Shown here: piece after piece, positions 34,442 to 44,096 of the stretch | Layout of the letters: the number at the start of each line of letters is the position of its first letter | Numbering within the stretch: position 1 is the first letter of the stretch | Source of the DNA: a virus | Virus record (IMG/VR): IMGVR_UViG_3300049015_000016 | Coordinates: 1 to 60,801 of that record | Length of the DNA stretch: 60,801 nucleotides | Strand: one strand, 5' to 3' | Translations under genes and position numbers: made by a program | Notes under the pieces: model-generated | Databases searched by the model: none | The model's input: the letters and a program-made list of their open reading frames with translations, nothing else | What the model was told of the DNA's origin: nothing

Positions 34442-35011
34442 ATGCTGTGGCGTCATTTTAAAGATGCAATCATCGAGAGCACGCTGTCGTTCCGCAAGCT
34501 CAGCCGAATCACCGTCGACATGGCTGACGGTTCGAAGGCCACGATTTTCTCGGCCGCCCTGGCGCGCATCGCCGATCACAACACGCGTTTCGTCTCGCTG
34601 AACGTGTCGACCACGATCAGCCAGGCGCTGCACGAGTCCCGCTACATCCTGATGGGCGGCGCTGGCGCGGCGCGCACGTTCACGCTGCCCAACGCCACCG
34701 GCAGCGGCGCGATCTACCGGTTCGTCGTCGGTGCGGTGAACACGTCGAACTACCTGATCAAGTCGAACCGCGGCGCTGACGTGCTGAAGGGCCAGGTGAT
34801 CAACACGAACAGTGGATCGTCCGGCGCGGCGCGCGGCTGGTATCCCGGCGCGACTGACGACACCATCACGCTGAACGGCACCACGACCGGTGGCGCGAAC
34901 GTCGGCGACTGGATCGAGGTCGTCGATGCGGCCGCGAACACCTGGGTCGTCAACGGCGTGACCACCGGCACAGGCACTGTCACGACGCCGTTCTCCGACA
35001 CGGTGGCGTAA
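34442..35011 (+). CDS. Virion-associated hypothetical protein
   Basis: 189 aa, followed by a terminator. Confidence 0.6.
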   Translation: MLWRHFKDAIIESTLSFRKLSRITVDMADGSKATIFSAALARIADHNTRFVSLNVSTTISQALHESRYILMGGAGAARTFTLPNATGSGAIYRFVVGAVNTSNYLIKSNRGADVLKGQVINTNSGSSGAARGWYPGATDDTITLNGTTTGGANVGDWIEVVDAAANTWVVNGVTTGTGTVTTPFSDTVA

Positions 35012-35031
35012 CTGACGCACCAGAGCAGCAC

Positions 35032-35052
35032 AGCCGCCTCCGGGCGGCTTTT
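35032..35052 (+). terminator. Rho-independent terminator
   Basis: AGCCGCC-tccg-GGCGGCT followed by TTT. Confidence 0.75.
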
Positions 35053-35082
35053 CCACTGACAACACACTGAAGGAACCCGAAC

Positions 35083-35601
35083 ATGTCCCGCGAAAACACC
35101 CCGATCCGCCGCACCCGCATTGCCGCCACCGGCAACGAAGTCCTGGCATCCGAACACGACACCACCGAGCTGGATGCGCGCGTAATGAAATCGACCGGCG
35201 CCGCATCGGAATCCATGAGTGGCGGCGTCATCGAGCGCGTCTCCGAAATGCCTCATGACGACGAGCACACGGCCATGCTGGCGTTCATGGCCGAGCCGAT
35301 CGAAGTGCGCATCGCCGAAACGTCTGACCCGGAAGCCGAACAGATTTTCGAGATCACCATCAACGGCCGCACCGAACTGTTCCGCCGCGGCGAGACGAAG
35401 ACCGTGCCGCGCTACTACATCGACCGGATGGCGCGCCTGAAGGAAACGCGCTACACGAACCGCGAAGTCGTGTCGGCCGACGGCACGCGCGATGTGGTCT
35501 ACGATCCCCGTACTTCCCTGAAGTACGACTTCGCCATCACGCGCGACACCAACCCGCTGGGCGCGTCGTGGCACAGGGCCGTGCTGCTGGAACGGGCATA
35601 A
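35083..35601 (+). CDS. Head-tail connector/adaptor-like protein (putative)
   Basis: 172 aa; assigned by position only. Confidence 0.5.
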   Translation: MSRENTPIRRTRIAATGNEVLASEHDTTELDARVMKSTGAASESMSGGVIERVSEMPHDDEHTAMLAFMAEPIEVRIAETSDPEAEQIFEITINGRTELFRRGETKTVPRYYIDRMARLKETRYTNREVVSADGTRDVVYDPRTSLKYDFAITRDTNPLGASWHRAVLLERA

Positions 35602-35605
35602 CACG

Positions 35606-36295
35606 ATGAGCACGCCGCGCACCTTCCTGCAGCTGGTTCAGGCGCTGCGCCGCGAAGTCGGCGCAGCCGGCAGCGGGCCGACCACAGTCGTGGGCCAGAC
35701 CGGTGAATATGACCGCCTCGTCCACTACATAGCCGATGCTGACGAGGAGATCCAGCAGGAGCTGGGCACGTGGCTGTTCATGGTCAAGTCGTTCTCGCTG
35801 AACACCGTCCCCAGCCAGTCCGCGTACAGCGGCGCTGACTTCCTGACGCCGGCCACCGACGTCCGCGAGTGGCGCCTGCGTAGCATCAAGAGCTACCTGC
35901 TGTCCGGAGGTGTCGGCGGCCAGTGGTACCTGGATCGGGTGGACTACGAGGTGTGGGACGCCGCGTTCAACACGGGCACTCCAAGCCCCAGCGCGCCGAG
36001 CTACTGGACGACTAGCGCCACGGGCCAGCTGCTGCTGGGCCCCGCGCCGAACGCCGTGTACCGCATCACTGGCGAGTACTACCGCACGCCCACCACGCTC
36101 ACCGCTGACGCTGACGTGCCGAGCTATCCGGCCGAGTTCCACATGCTTCCCGTGTACCTGGCCATGATGAAGTACGGCCGCTACACCGGCGCGGTCGAGG
36201 TGTTCCAGGACGGCCAGCGCCTGTACAACAAGCTTAAGAACCGCATGGAGCGCACGCAGAAGCCGCAGTTCAACGAGTTCATTCCACTGGCCTGA
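35606..36295 (+). CDS. Tail tubular protein A-like (putative)
   Basis: 229 aa, immediately upstream of the 764-aa protein. This mirrors the size and order of podovirus gp11/gp12 analogues. Confidence 0.5.
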   Translation: MSTPRTFLQLVQALRREVGAAGSGPTTVVGQTGEYDRLVHYIADADEEIQQELGTWLFMVKSFSLNTVPSQSAYSGADFLTPATDVREWRLRSIKSYLLSGGVGGQWYLDRVDYEVWDAAFNTGTPSPSAPSYWTTSATGQLLLGPAPNAVYRITGEYYRTPTTLTADADVPSYPAEFHMLPVYLAMMKYGRYTGAVEVFQDGQRLYNKLKNRMERTQKPQFNEFIPLA

Positions 36296-36297
36296 CC

Positions 36298-38592
36298 ATG
36301 CCTATCCAGTTTTCTCCAGTCGCCACCTCATTCTTCCCGTTCAATGGCGGGCTCGACCAGGTCACGCCGCCAATCCAGATGCGCAACGGCTCGCTGCGCT
36401 ATGGTACGAACGTCGAGATCGGCGTACGCGGCGGCTACATCAGCACGTCCGGTTACGAGCGTTTCAGCGGCCAGGCGAAGCCATCCGCCGCCGTGTACGC
36501 CGTGCTGCCCGTATCCCTGATCGGCACCGTGGCCGTCGGCGACATGATTACCAGCAGCGTCAGCGCGGTCACCGCGAAGGTGGTGGCGACGGAGGCCGGC
36601 GCGCTGATCATCACTGCGGCGACGGGCGCCTTCCCCGTCGGCGGCATTCAGGTGGGCGCCACGCCGGTGGGCAACGCGCTGGGTCCGCAAGTGGGCGGCG
36701 GCGCATCCACGCCGGCGCTCGACGCCGCGTACACCGCGCTGGCCGCGAACCACTACCGCGCGCTGATCGGCCCGGTGCCAGGTTCTGGACCGATCCTGGG
36801 CGTGCACCAGTACAACGGCCACGTGTACGCTTTCCGCGACAACGAGACCGGCACGGCCGCCGTGATGTATCAGGATTCGCCAGCAGGATGGACGCAGGTG
36901 CAGCTCGGCCGCGAACTGCGCTTCACGCAGCGCAGCGGCACGGTCACCATCAGCATCGCCACGCCGGCCGTGCTGAACTGGCCGGGCAACAGCTTCCAGG
37001 TGGGCCAGAAGGTCACGCTGTCGACGACAGGTGCGCTGCCGACTGGCTTCACCGCTGGCGTGACCTACTACGTCGTCGTGGCCGGCGACAACTTCCAGCT
37101 GTCGAGCAGCGCCGGCGGCACGCCTGTTGCGACGAGCGGCACCCAGTCCGGCGTGCACACGGCGTACCTGACGGCAACCGAGATCACCGATGGCAGCACG
37201 ATCACAGGCCAGCTTTCCGGTGCCACGGCCGTCGTCAAGCGCGTCGTGCTGAGCACTGGCACGTGGGGAACATCGCCGGCAGGAAGCCTGGTCTTCGAAA
37301 CCGTAACCGGCCTGTTCATCATGGGCGAGGCGTTGAGCATGGCCGGGCCGACCGGGCCGATCACCGTCAACGCCGTGCTGGCCGACGCCGCGATCGCGCT
37401 GGCGCCGGGTGGGCGCTACGAGTTCGAGAACTGGAACTTCTACGGACAGGCCAGCACGCTGCGCATGTACGGCTGCGACGGCGCGAACCGGGCGTTCGAG
37501 TTCGACGGCAGCACCTATGTGCCGATCAGCACGAACAGCCCGGACGACCGGCCCACGCACATGGAAATCCACAAGAACACGCTGTTCCTGTCGATCGCCA
37601 GTTCCGTGCTCGGCTCGGGCCCAGGTTCTCCGTACCAGTTCCAGTCGATTTTCGGTGGTGTCGAGCTGACATGCGGCGAGGACGTGACCAGCCTGCTGTC
37701 GCTGCCGGGCTCGGCAGAAAACGGCGCGATGGCGGTGCGTACGAAGAACCGCACGTTCGTCCTGTACGGCAACGACTCCGACGACTTCAACCTGATCCAG
37801 TACGAGAAGGAAGCCGGTGCGGAGCCGTACACCGTGCAGCCGATCGGCGGCGTGCTGGCCTTCGATTCGGCCGGCATCACGTCGCTGGCCACCACGCAGA
37901 AGTTCGGCAACTTCCAGAGCGCGCTGGTGAGCGACGCCATCACGCCGTACATCAGCAACAAGCTGGGCCTGTCGGCGGCCAGCTGTATCGTCCGCAAGAA
38001 GAACCAGTACCGGCTTTTCTTCACCGATGGCGAGGCGGTGGTCATCAGCTACTCGGCGAACAAGCTGCTGGGCCTGACCACGCTGTCCTACCCGCACGTC
38101 GTCAGCTGCGTCAGCTCGCGCGAGGGCGCCAGCGGCCTGGAAGAAATCTACCTTGGCTGTGCTGACGGCTATGTGCGCCAAGCTGAGACCGGCACGTCCT
38201 TCGACGGCGAGCCGATCAACTGGATCGCGGACCTGGCTTTCAACCACTTCGGTGGCCCACGCCAGCTCAAGCGCTTCCGCAAGGTCGCGCTGGAGGTGTC
38301 CGGCTCCGGATACTGCGAGTTCAACCTCTCGCACTCGCTGGCGTACGGCTCGGCCGAATACGCCGCGGCGGTCGAAAGCTTGCAGCGCGCGGACGTGTCC
38401 GCCTCAAACTGGGACGCCTTCATCTGGGACCGGTTCTTCTGGGACGGCCAGTCGCTGCTGCCTGCCGAGGGCGATCTGACCGGCACTGCCGAAAACATCT
38501 CGCTGCTGTTCAGCGGAAGCTCCGACGCCTTCCAGCCCGTGACGCTGAACAGCGCCATCTTGCATTACTCGCCGCAGCGCATGCTGCGGTAG
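36298..38592 (+). CDS. Tail tubular protein B-like (putative)
   Basis: 764 aa; assigned by position and size. Confidence 0.55.
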   Translation: MPIQFSPVATSFFPFNGGLDQVTPPIQMRNGSLRYGTNVEIGVRGGYISTSGYERFSGQAKPSAAVYAVLPVSLIGTVAVGDMITSSVSAVTAKVVATEAGALIITAATGAFPVGGIQVGATPVGNALGPQVGGGASTPALDAAYTALAANHYRALIGPVPGSGPILGVHQYNGHVYAFRDNETGTAAVMYQDSPAGWTQVQLGRELRFTQRSGTVTISIATPAVLNWPGNSFQVGQKVTLSTTGALPTGFTAGVTYYVVVAGDNFQLSSSAGGTPVATSGTQSGVHTAYLTATEITDGSTITGQLSGATAVVKRVVLSTGTWGTSPAGSLVFETVTGLFIMGEALSMAGPTGPITVNAVLADAAIALAPGGRYEFENWNFYGQASTLRMYGCDGANRAFEFDGSTYVPISTNSPDDRPTHMEIHKNTLFLSIASSVLGSGPGSPYQFQSIFGGVELTCGEDVTSLLSLPGSAENGAMAVRTKNRTFVLYGNDSDDFNLIQYEKEAGAEPYTVQPIGGVLAFDSAGITSLATTQKFGNFQSALVSDAITPYISNKLGLSAASCIVRKKNQYRLFFTDGEAVVISYSANKLLGLTTLSYPHVVSCVSSREGASGLEEIYLGCADGYVRQAETGTSFDGEPINWIADLAFNHFGGPRQLKRFRKVALEVSGSGYCEFNLSHSLAYGSAEYAAAVESLQRADVSASNWDAFIWDRFFWDGQSLLPAEGDLTGTAENISLLFSGSSDAFQPVTLNSAILHYSPQRMLR

Positions 38593-38611
38593 AACTTGAA
38601 CAGGGAGCATC

Positions 38612-40456
38612 ATGAGCGCCGACGAGTATTACAACCACACCACCTTCCCAGCGTTCAAGTCGCTGGGGTCCTCCGCTTCGATGCGGGCGGAACTGGAGGC
38701 GATCGAGGCCGGCTTCGGCAAGCTGCCGGACATGGCCGCCAACCCGGGCCGACTGGTCGCCGTGAATGTGCTGGGCACGAAGCTGGAGGCCCTGGCCGCG
38801 CTGCCAGACAACACGCTGTACAACGTCAGCACGCTGGCGCACGGGTTCGTCCCGAAGGCGCCTGGTTCGACGCTGCTGTTCCTGCGCGGCGACGGCACCT
38901 GGGCGGCACAGGGCAACTCGGTGATGCCGGTGGTGGCGCGCACCAGCAACACGCAGATCACGACGAACAACGTGGCCAGCCTGATCAACTACACCGGCAG
39001 CACGAACTTCGTACAGACGTTCGCGTCGGTGGCGTCGCTGGGCACCGGCTGGTGGTGCTACCTGCAGAACCTGGGCACGGCCGACGTCGAGCTGGAGGCG
39101 CCGGCGTCCGTGACAACGACGTCGACCACGTCGAACTCGATCGCCGCGGGCACGAACTGGATCGTCGCCACGGGCCTGTCGATCGCCACCGGGGATGCTG
39201 TGATCGTGCGGCGCACTTCCGACCCGGCTAACCAGAGCGTGGTGGGCACTGTCACCTCGTACACCAGCGGCACCGGCGTGCTGGTGGTGAACGTCACCGC
39301 GCGCATCGGCTCCGGCACGTTCACGGACTGGACCGTCACCACGCGCCCGGCCACGCTGACGATCGACGGTCTGCCGCGCTTCGTGATGTACCCGAACGAG
39401 GCGCGGATGATCTACGTAGACGAGACCGGCACCGTGCTGAAGTCGCTGGTGATCCGGGCGTTTTACCGGCGCGCTCTCACTAGCTTCTCGTTCATCGTGC
39501 CGCCGGGCTACAGCATCACCGAGTTCGACGGCGTCGGCGGCGCCGGCGGCGCGGGCAGCGGGCGCAAGGGTGCCAGCGGCTCGAACAAGCAAGGCGGATC
39601 GCCGGGCGGCACGCCTGGCCGTGTGCGACGGCAGTTCTCCGGCCTCACGCCCGGCAGCATCTTCGCGATCTCGGTGGGCGCCGCCGGCACGTCCGGCGCG
39701 GCGCAGACCGTCAACGACACGAATGGGAATAACGGCACGGCGGGCGGCAACACCAGCTTCGGCACGCTGGCGATCGCGTACGGCGGCGTGGCGGGCATTG
39801 GCGGCGCTTCGGACGCAACGACAAACCTGTATGGGCGTGTCGCCGGAAGTGGCTCGCTAAGTGCAGCAGCAGCCGCTGCATACGGAACCAATAACGCCTC
39901 CGCATTGGGTGGATCGCCAAATGTTGGTTTCATTACAAACGCATTCGGGGATGCTGTCGGCGAAGGCGGCGCAACAGCGCAAAACATCAACAGCCCAGGC
40001 AACAGTGTTTTCGGTGGGGCGTCATCAATTTCTGGTTCCACTGAAACGACCACTGTGAAGTATGGCGGCAACTCCATGTACGGCGTCGCCGGTGGCGGCT
40101 TCGGGGCATGGATCACGTCCGGCAGCGCGGTTCCTGCAACCGGCTGCCATGCCGGCGTGACCGGCTCCTGGGCGAACGGCAGCTATGGCACGGGCGCGCA
40201 GGGCGGCACCAGCGGCGCGGTGGCGACGAACGGAGCGAACGGCGCGCCCAACGCCGGCACCGACTTCGACATGGGCAACTCCGGTGCTGGCGGTGGTTCA
40301 TGCACCAGCGCCAGCGCAAGCGCGGGCGCGGGCGGCAACGGGACGTTCCCAGGCGGCGCTGGCGGCGGCGGCGGGGCGGCAACGAATGGCACTGGCAGCA
40401 GCGGCGCGGGCGGCATCAGCCAGCCCGGTCGCGCCTTGATTTGGGGGGTGATCTGA
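38612..40456 (+). CDS. Tail fibre protein with Gly-rich C-terminal domain
   Basis: N-terminus YYNHTTFPAFKSLGSSASMRAELEAIEAGFGKLP and LRGDGTWA are typical of tail fibres. The C-terminal half is Gly-rich. Confidence 0.8.
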   Translation: MSADEYYNHTTFPAFKSLGSSASMRAELEAIEAGFGKLPDMAANPGRLVAVNVLGTKLEALAALPDNTLYNVSTLAHGFVPKAPGSTLLFLRGDGTWAAQGNSVMPVVARTSNTQITTNNVASLINYTGSTNFVQTFASVASLGTGWWCYLQNLGTADVELEAPASVTTTSTTSNSIAAGTNWIVATGLSIATGDAVIVRRTSDPANQSVVGTVTSYTSGTGVLVVNVTARIGSGTFTDWTVTTRPATLTIDGLPRFVMYPNEARMIYVDETGTVLKSLVIRAFYRRALTSFSFIVPPGYSITEFDGVGGAGGAGSGRKGASGSNKQGGSPGGTPGRVRRQFSGLTPGSIFAISVGAAGTSGAAQTVNDTNGNNGTAGGNTSFGTLAIAYGGVAGIGGASDATTNLYGRVAGSGSLSAAAAAAYGTNNASALGGSPNVGFITNAFGDAVGEGGATAQNINSPGNSVFGGASSISGSTETTTVKYGGNSMYGVAGGGFGAWITSGSAVPATGCHAGVTGSWANGSYGTGAQGGTSGAVATNGANGAPNAGTDFDMGNSGAGGGSCTSASASAGAGGNGTFPGGAGGGGGAATNGTGSSGAGGISQPGRALIWGVI

Positions 40457-40457
40457 T

Positions 40458-40931
40458 ATGCGAGCACACGTACTGGACGCGTTCGGCGTCATCGTCAACA
40501 CCGTCATGACCGACCGGCTGGGCGACAACATGGTCGACGCAGACGTCGTTGGCGGCGGCCCGGGCGACTCGGTCGTCAACGGCGCACTGGTGCCGAAATC
40601 TCCGCAGGTTGTCACGGCGCCCACCTTCGCCCAGCTGAAGGCCGAATACCTCGACGAGGTGCGCGAGATGCGCGAGAAGGTGCTGGTTCGGCTGAATGGG
40701 TACGGCAGCATGCTGTACCTGGGCGAGCCGCCGGAGCTGCCCGACGAGAAACTCCTGTGCCGCGACCTGATCCAGGGCCTGCTGGACATCACCACAATCG
40801 ACGAAGTCGAGAGCGCAACGACCATTGCGGCCGTCAAGCTGGCCGTCAAAGCGGAATGGGCAAGGCTGGTCGCCCTTGCCAACACATCATCCCCCAACCT
40901 CGTGAAAGCCTTTCGAAAGGTCGACGAATGA
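40458..40931 (+). CDS. Tail fibre assembly/chaperone-like protein
   Basis: 157 aa directly after the fibre gene. Confidence 0.5.
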   Translation: MRAHVLDAFGVIVNTVMTDRLGDNMVDADVVGGGPGDSVVNGALVPKSPQVVTAPTFAQLKAEYLDEVREMREKVLVRLNGYGSMLYLGEPPELPDEKLLCRDLIQGLLDITTIDEVESATTIAAVKLAVKAEWARLVALANTSSPNLVKAFRKVDE

Positions 40932-41275
40932 AAACCCTGCTCATCCTGCTGTTGCTCGCGCCGCTGTCCATCTACGTCACGCTGACCATGTACTGGGCGA
41001 TCATGAATTTCGTGCGGGCACGTGATGCCGGCACGCTGCCGCCCATCGCCCTGCGCATCGGCTACCCGCTGCTGCTGATCGGCTACCTGATGGACTTCCT
41101 CGTGAACGTCCTCGTCGTCTCGGTGATCCTGCTGGAGGTGCCGCGCGAATGGCTGGTCACGGCGCGCCTGTCCCGCCACATCAAGACCGAATCGGGATGG
41201 CGCAAATCGGTGTCGACGTGGGTGTGCAAAAACCTGCTGGACTGGGCCGACCCGAAGGGCTGCCACTGCCGGTAA
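40928..41275 (+). CDS. Membrane protein
   Basis: Start refined to MKTLLILLLL (ATGA overlap). Three hydrophobic segments. Confidence 0.55.
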   Translation: MKTLLILLLLAPLSIYVTLTMYWAIMNFVRARDAGTLPPIALRIGYPLLLIGYLMDFLVNVLVVSVILLEVPREWLVTARLSRHIKTESGWRKSVSTWVCKNLLDWADPKGCHCR

Positions 41276-41298
41276 CGCCCATCAACCTCACCACGAAC

Positions 41299-41320
41299 GC
41301 ACCGGGAAACCGGTGCTTTT
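41299..41320 (+). terminator. Rho-independent terminator (GNRA loop)
   Basis: GCACCGG-gaaa-CCGGTGC followed by TTTT. Confidence 0.85.
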
Positions 41321-41378
41321 GTTATGTGGGATTGCCGCGTATCATTATGTGCATCAGGAAATATTTCTACCCGGAGAA

Positions 41379-42263
41379 ATGATGGCCACCACCACTGCCC
41401 CAAAAGTGCCGACGCTCGAAGAGACGACGGCGACGAATAACCAGAAGTTCGGGTACGCACCTGTGAAGCAAGCCGTCAGCGACAACTCGCTGGTGCAGAA
41501 CCAGCTGGCCAGCATCACGGCGAACGGCTCGAAGCTGAACACGGCGGCCGAGACGGCAGCTACCAAGATGTCGAACCGGCGCGGGCTGCTCAATTCCAGC
41601 ATTGCCGTCGGCGCGGCGCAAGACGCCGTGATCCGCAACGCGCTGCCGGTCGCCCAGCAGGACGCCGCCACGTACGCGAACAAGGACGTGAACGACACGA
41701 ACGCGCAGAACGTGTCGTCGCAGTTCGCTGCGAATTCGAAGAACGCCGACGACCTGCAGACGAAGCTGGCGCAGATCCAAGCCTCGACGCAGTTCAATAT
41801 CGCGAACTTGCAGTCGAGCACGCAGCAGAACATCTCGCGCGCCGAGAACCAGAACCGCCTGTCCGTGGCCGCACTGAACGCGAAGTCGCAGCAGGACATC
41901 TCGGCCCTGGACAGCAACACGAAGCTGAAGCTGGCCGAGATCGACGGCACGAACAAGCAGCTGCTGCAGACGAACATCAGCGCGGCGAACTCGTACGCGC
42001 AGCTGGCGCAGGCGCTGGCCAACATCTCCACGTCGACCACGATGGACGCCGCGGCGAAGCAGCAGGCCACCGACAACCAGCTCAACCTGTTCCGGCAGAA
42101 CCTGCAAGCCATTGGCCAGGTCTCGAGCCTGGACCTGTCGAAATACTTCCAGCCGGTGAGCACGTCGCAGCAGGGCGGCACGAACACCAATGGCGGTGGC
42201 GCAAACGGCGGCGCCGACCAGGGCCGGCCCGGCATGAACGGTAGCCTGACCGAGTGGGGCTGA
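41379..42263 (+). CDS. Gln/Asn-rich internal virion protein (putative)
   Basis: GGAG upstream. Helical, repetitive N/Q/S composition. Confidence 0.6.
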   Translation: MMATTTAPKVPTLEETTATNNQKFGYAPVKQAVSDNSLVQNQLASITANGSKLNTAAETAATKMSNRRGLLNSSIAVGAAQDAVIRNALPVAQQDAATYANKDVNDTNAQNVSSQFAANSKNADDLQTKLAQIQASTQFNIANLQSSTQQNISRAENQNRLSVAALNAKSQQDISALDSNTKLKLAEIDGTNKQLLQTNISAANSYAQLAQALANISTSTTMDAAAKQQATDNQLNLFRQNLQAIGQVSSLDLSKYFQPVSTSQQGGTNTNGGGANGGADQGRPGMNGSLTEWG

Positions 42264-42264
42264 T

Positions 42265-42633
42265 ATGGACCGGGAAACGCTGATCGACCAGCTGTACGCG
42301 AAGGTGCGCATGCACGTTCCGATCTCGCGCGAGGCGTACGGCAACAGCCTGTATGGCTGGGACATCGTACCGGTCATGATCGACGGCACGCAGATCGGCG
42401 TGCGCATCATGAAGGACCACGAGGTACACCACCTGCTGGACAAAGGCGCGGCGCGGCGCCATGCGCGCCGGATCATCGCGCAGTACGTGGCCGAACCGCT
42501 GGCGCGCCTTGGGTACCTGATCTCGCGCACGGAAGACGCCGACATCCCATTCCTGCGCCGCATGGGCTTCTACGAGATCGGCCGCGAAGGCCGCATCACC
42601 ACGATGCGCCTGGACAAACTCACCATTCAATAA
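42265..42633 (+). CDS. Small protein, possibly GNAT-like
   Basis: 122 aa; KGAARRHARRII...FLRRMGFYEIG is weakly acetyltransferase-like. Confidence 0.5.
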   Translation: MDRETLIDQLYAKVRMHVPISREAYGNSLYGWDIVPVMIDGTQIGVRIMKDHEVHHLLDKGAARRHARRIIAQYVAEPLARLGYLISRTEDADIPFLRRMGFYEIGREGRITTMRLDKLTIQ

Positions 42634-42643
42634 GGGGAACAAC

Positions 42644-43495
42644 ATGCCAATCGTCGTAGTGGGCGCCATCGCAGGCGCCGCAGCAGTCGCGACAGCAACC
42701 GCCACCGTCGCGACCGTCGCGATGGTAGGACTGGGCGCGGTCGTCGTCGGCAAGGTCACGAAATTCAAGGAGCTGGAGCAGTTCGGTTCTGGCCTGGGCA
42801 TCGGCGCTGGCCTGGCTGGCGCGGCCTCGTCGCTGTTCGGTGCCGCCGATGCCGCCGCTGGCGTGAGTTCCGCCGCCGGTACTGCAGAGGCTGGCAGCGG
42901 GGCCCTGGGCAACACGATCAGTTCCGCCGACTTGGCCGGCATCGACGCGGCCGCCGGCGGCATCGGCGGCTCCACGCCCGGCGCGCTGGAGGCGATCTCG
43001 ACGTCCTGGGAAGCGCCGGCCACCGCGGTCGATTCCGTCGCGTCGCTCGGCACGCCAGCATCCGTTTCGGGGATGCCCACCGGATTGCTGGGCTCGACGC
43101 CCACCGTGCCAGGCGCCACGCCGCCCACCGCACCGGGCGCAACTGGCGCAGCCAGCACGGCACCGTCGGCGCCAGGCGACCCTACGTCAGCAGCGATCAA
43201 TCCGTCCGCCCCGGTTGCGCCGCCGACGGGCACCGACACGAACGCGATTTCGCAGTGGTGGGCGAAGCAGCCGGAATCGGTGAAGAACCGCATCTTGCAG
43301 ATGGGCGGCCAGTTCGCAGGCAGCCTGTTCGACGGCTGGAGCGCCGAGGAAAAGATGGCGCTGCAGCGCGAGCAGCAGAACCTCGAAAAGCAGAAATACG
43401 ACACGACGATGCGCAACGGCTCGGCGCAGCCGGTGGTGCAGTTCCAACCATACCAACCGGCGGCCACGGGCCTGCTGGGTTCCACGAAAGGGTAA
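42644..43495 (+). CDS. Internal virion/ejection protein with N-terminal TM segment
   Basis: MPIVVVGAIAGAAAVATATATVATVAMVGLGAVVVG followed by an Ala/Gly/Ser/Pro-rich region. Confidence 0.6.
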   Translation: MPIVVVGAIAGAAAVATATATVATVAMVGLGAVVVGKVTKFKELEQFGSGLGIGAGLAGAASSLFGAADAAAGVSSAAGTAEAGSGALGNTISSADLAGIDAAAGGIGGSTPGALEAISTSWEAPATAVDSVASLGTPASVSGMPTGLLGSTPTVPGATPPTAPGATGAASTAPSAPGDPTSAAINPSAPVAPPTGTDTNAISQWWAKQPESVKNRILQMGGQFAGSLFDGWSAEEKMALQREQQNLEKQKYDTTMRNGSAQPVVQFQPYQPAATGLLGSTKG

Positions 43496-43498
43496 GCC

Positions 43499-44095
43499 AT
43501 GGCCGGACTTCTCAACTCCACTCCCGCGCAAGCCGCGCCCGCTGCTGCACCTGCACCTGCACCAGCAGCTGGGCAACAGCCGCAGCAGCAAGGCGGCGCT
43601 GCCGATCAGCAGCTGGACGATCCGCTGCTGATCCAGACGGAAAAAAGCATCGAGCAGTCGGTGCCGCCCGAGCACAAGCAGATGTTCGACTCCATTGTCC
43701 TGGCCGGCATGAACGTCATGTTCAGCAAGGAGACAGCCAGCCTGATGGAGCAGCAGCTGGACGAGGGCGGCGACATTGTCTCGAACGTTTCCGATGGCGT
43801 GGCCAAGCTGATCATGATCGTGTTCAACGAGTCAAAACAGGACGTCAACGCGTTCATGCCCGCCTCCGTGCTGGCCGCCGTGGTGCTGATGTGCCAGGCA
43901 CTGGATTACGCGGAGCAGACGCGCGGCGCCCAGGTGACGCCGGAGATCGTCGCGCAGTGCACGAAGCAGACGCAGCTGAAAGTGCTGAAAACGTTCGGCG
44001 TGTCCGAGGAGCAAGTCAACCAGGTCGCGGCGTCCGGCATGCAGCAGATGCAGCAGGGCGGTGCCGCGCCGCAGGCACCACAAGCGGGGGTGTGA
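43499..44095 (+). CDS. Internal virion protein (putative)
   Basis: 198 aa; assigned by position. Confidence 0.55.
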   Translation: MAGLLNSTPAQAAPAAAPAPAPAAGQQPQQQGGAADQQLDDPLLIQTEKSIEQSVPPEHKQMFDSIVLAGMNVMFSKETASLMEQQLDEGGDIVSNVSDGVAKLIMIVFNESKQDVNAFMPASVLAAVVLMCQALDYAEQTRGAQVTPEIVAQCTKQTQLKVLKTFGVSEEQVNQVAASGMQQMQQGGAAPQAPQAGV

Positions 44096-44096
44096 C

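Noticed and set aside
33821-35052. Terminators after the capsid gene and the 189-aa gene as operon boundaries.
   Set aside because: These are probably partial attenuators that boost capsid-gene stoichiometry, because tail genes follow without obvious new promoters. They are recorded as features, not as a separate finding.
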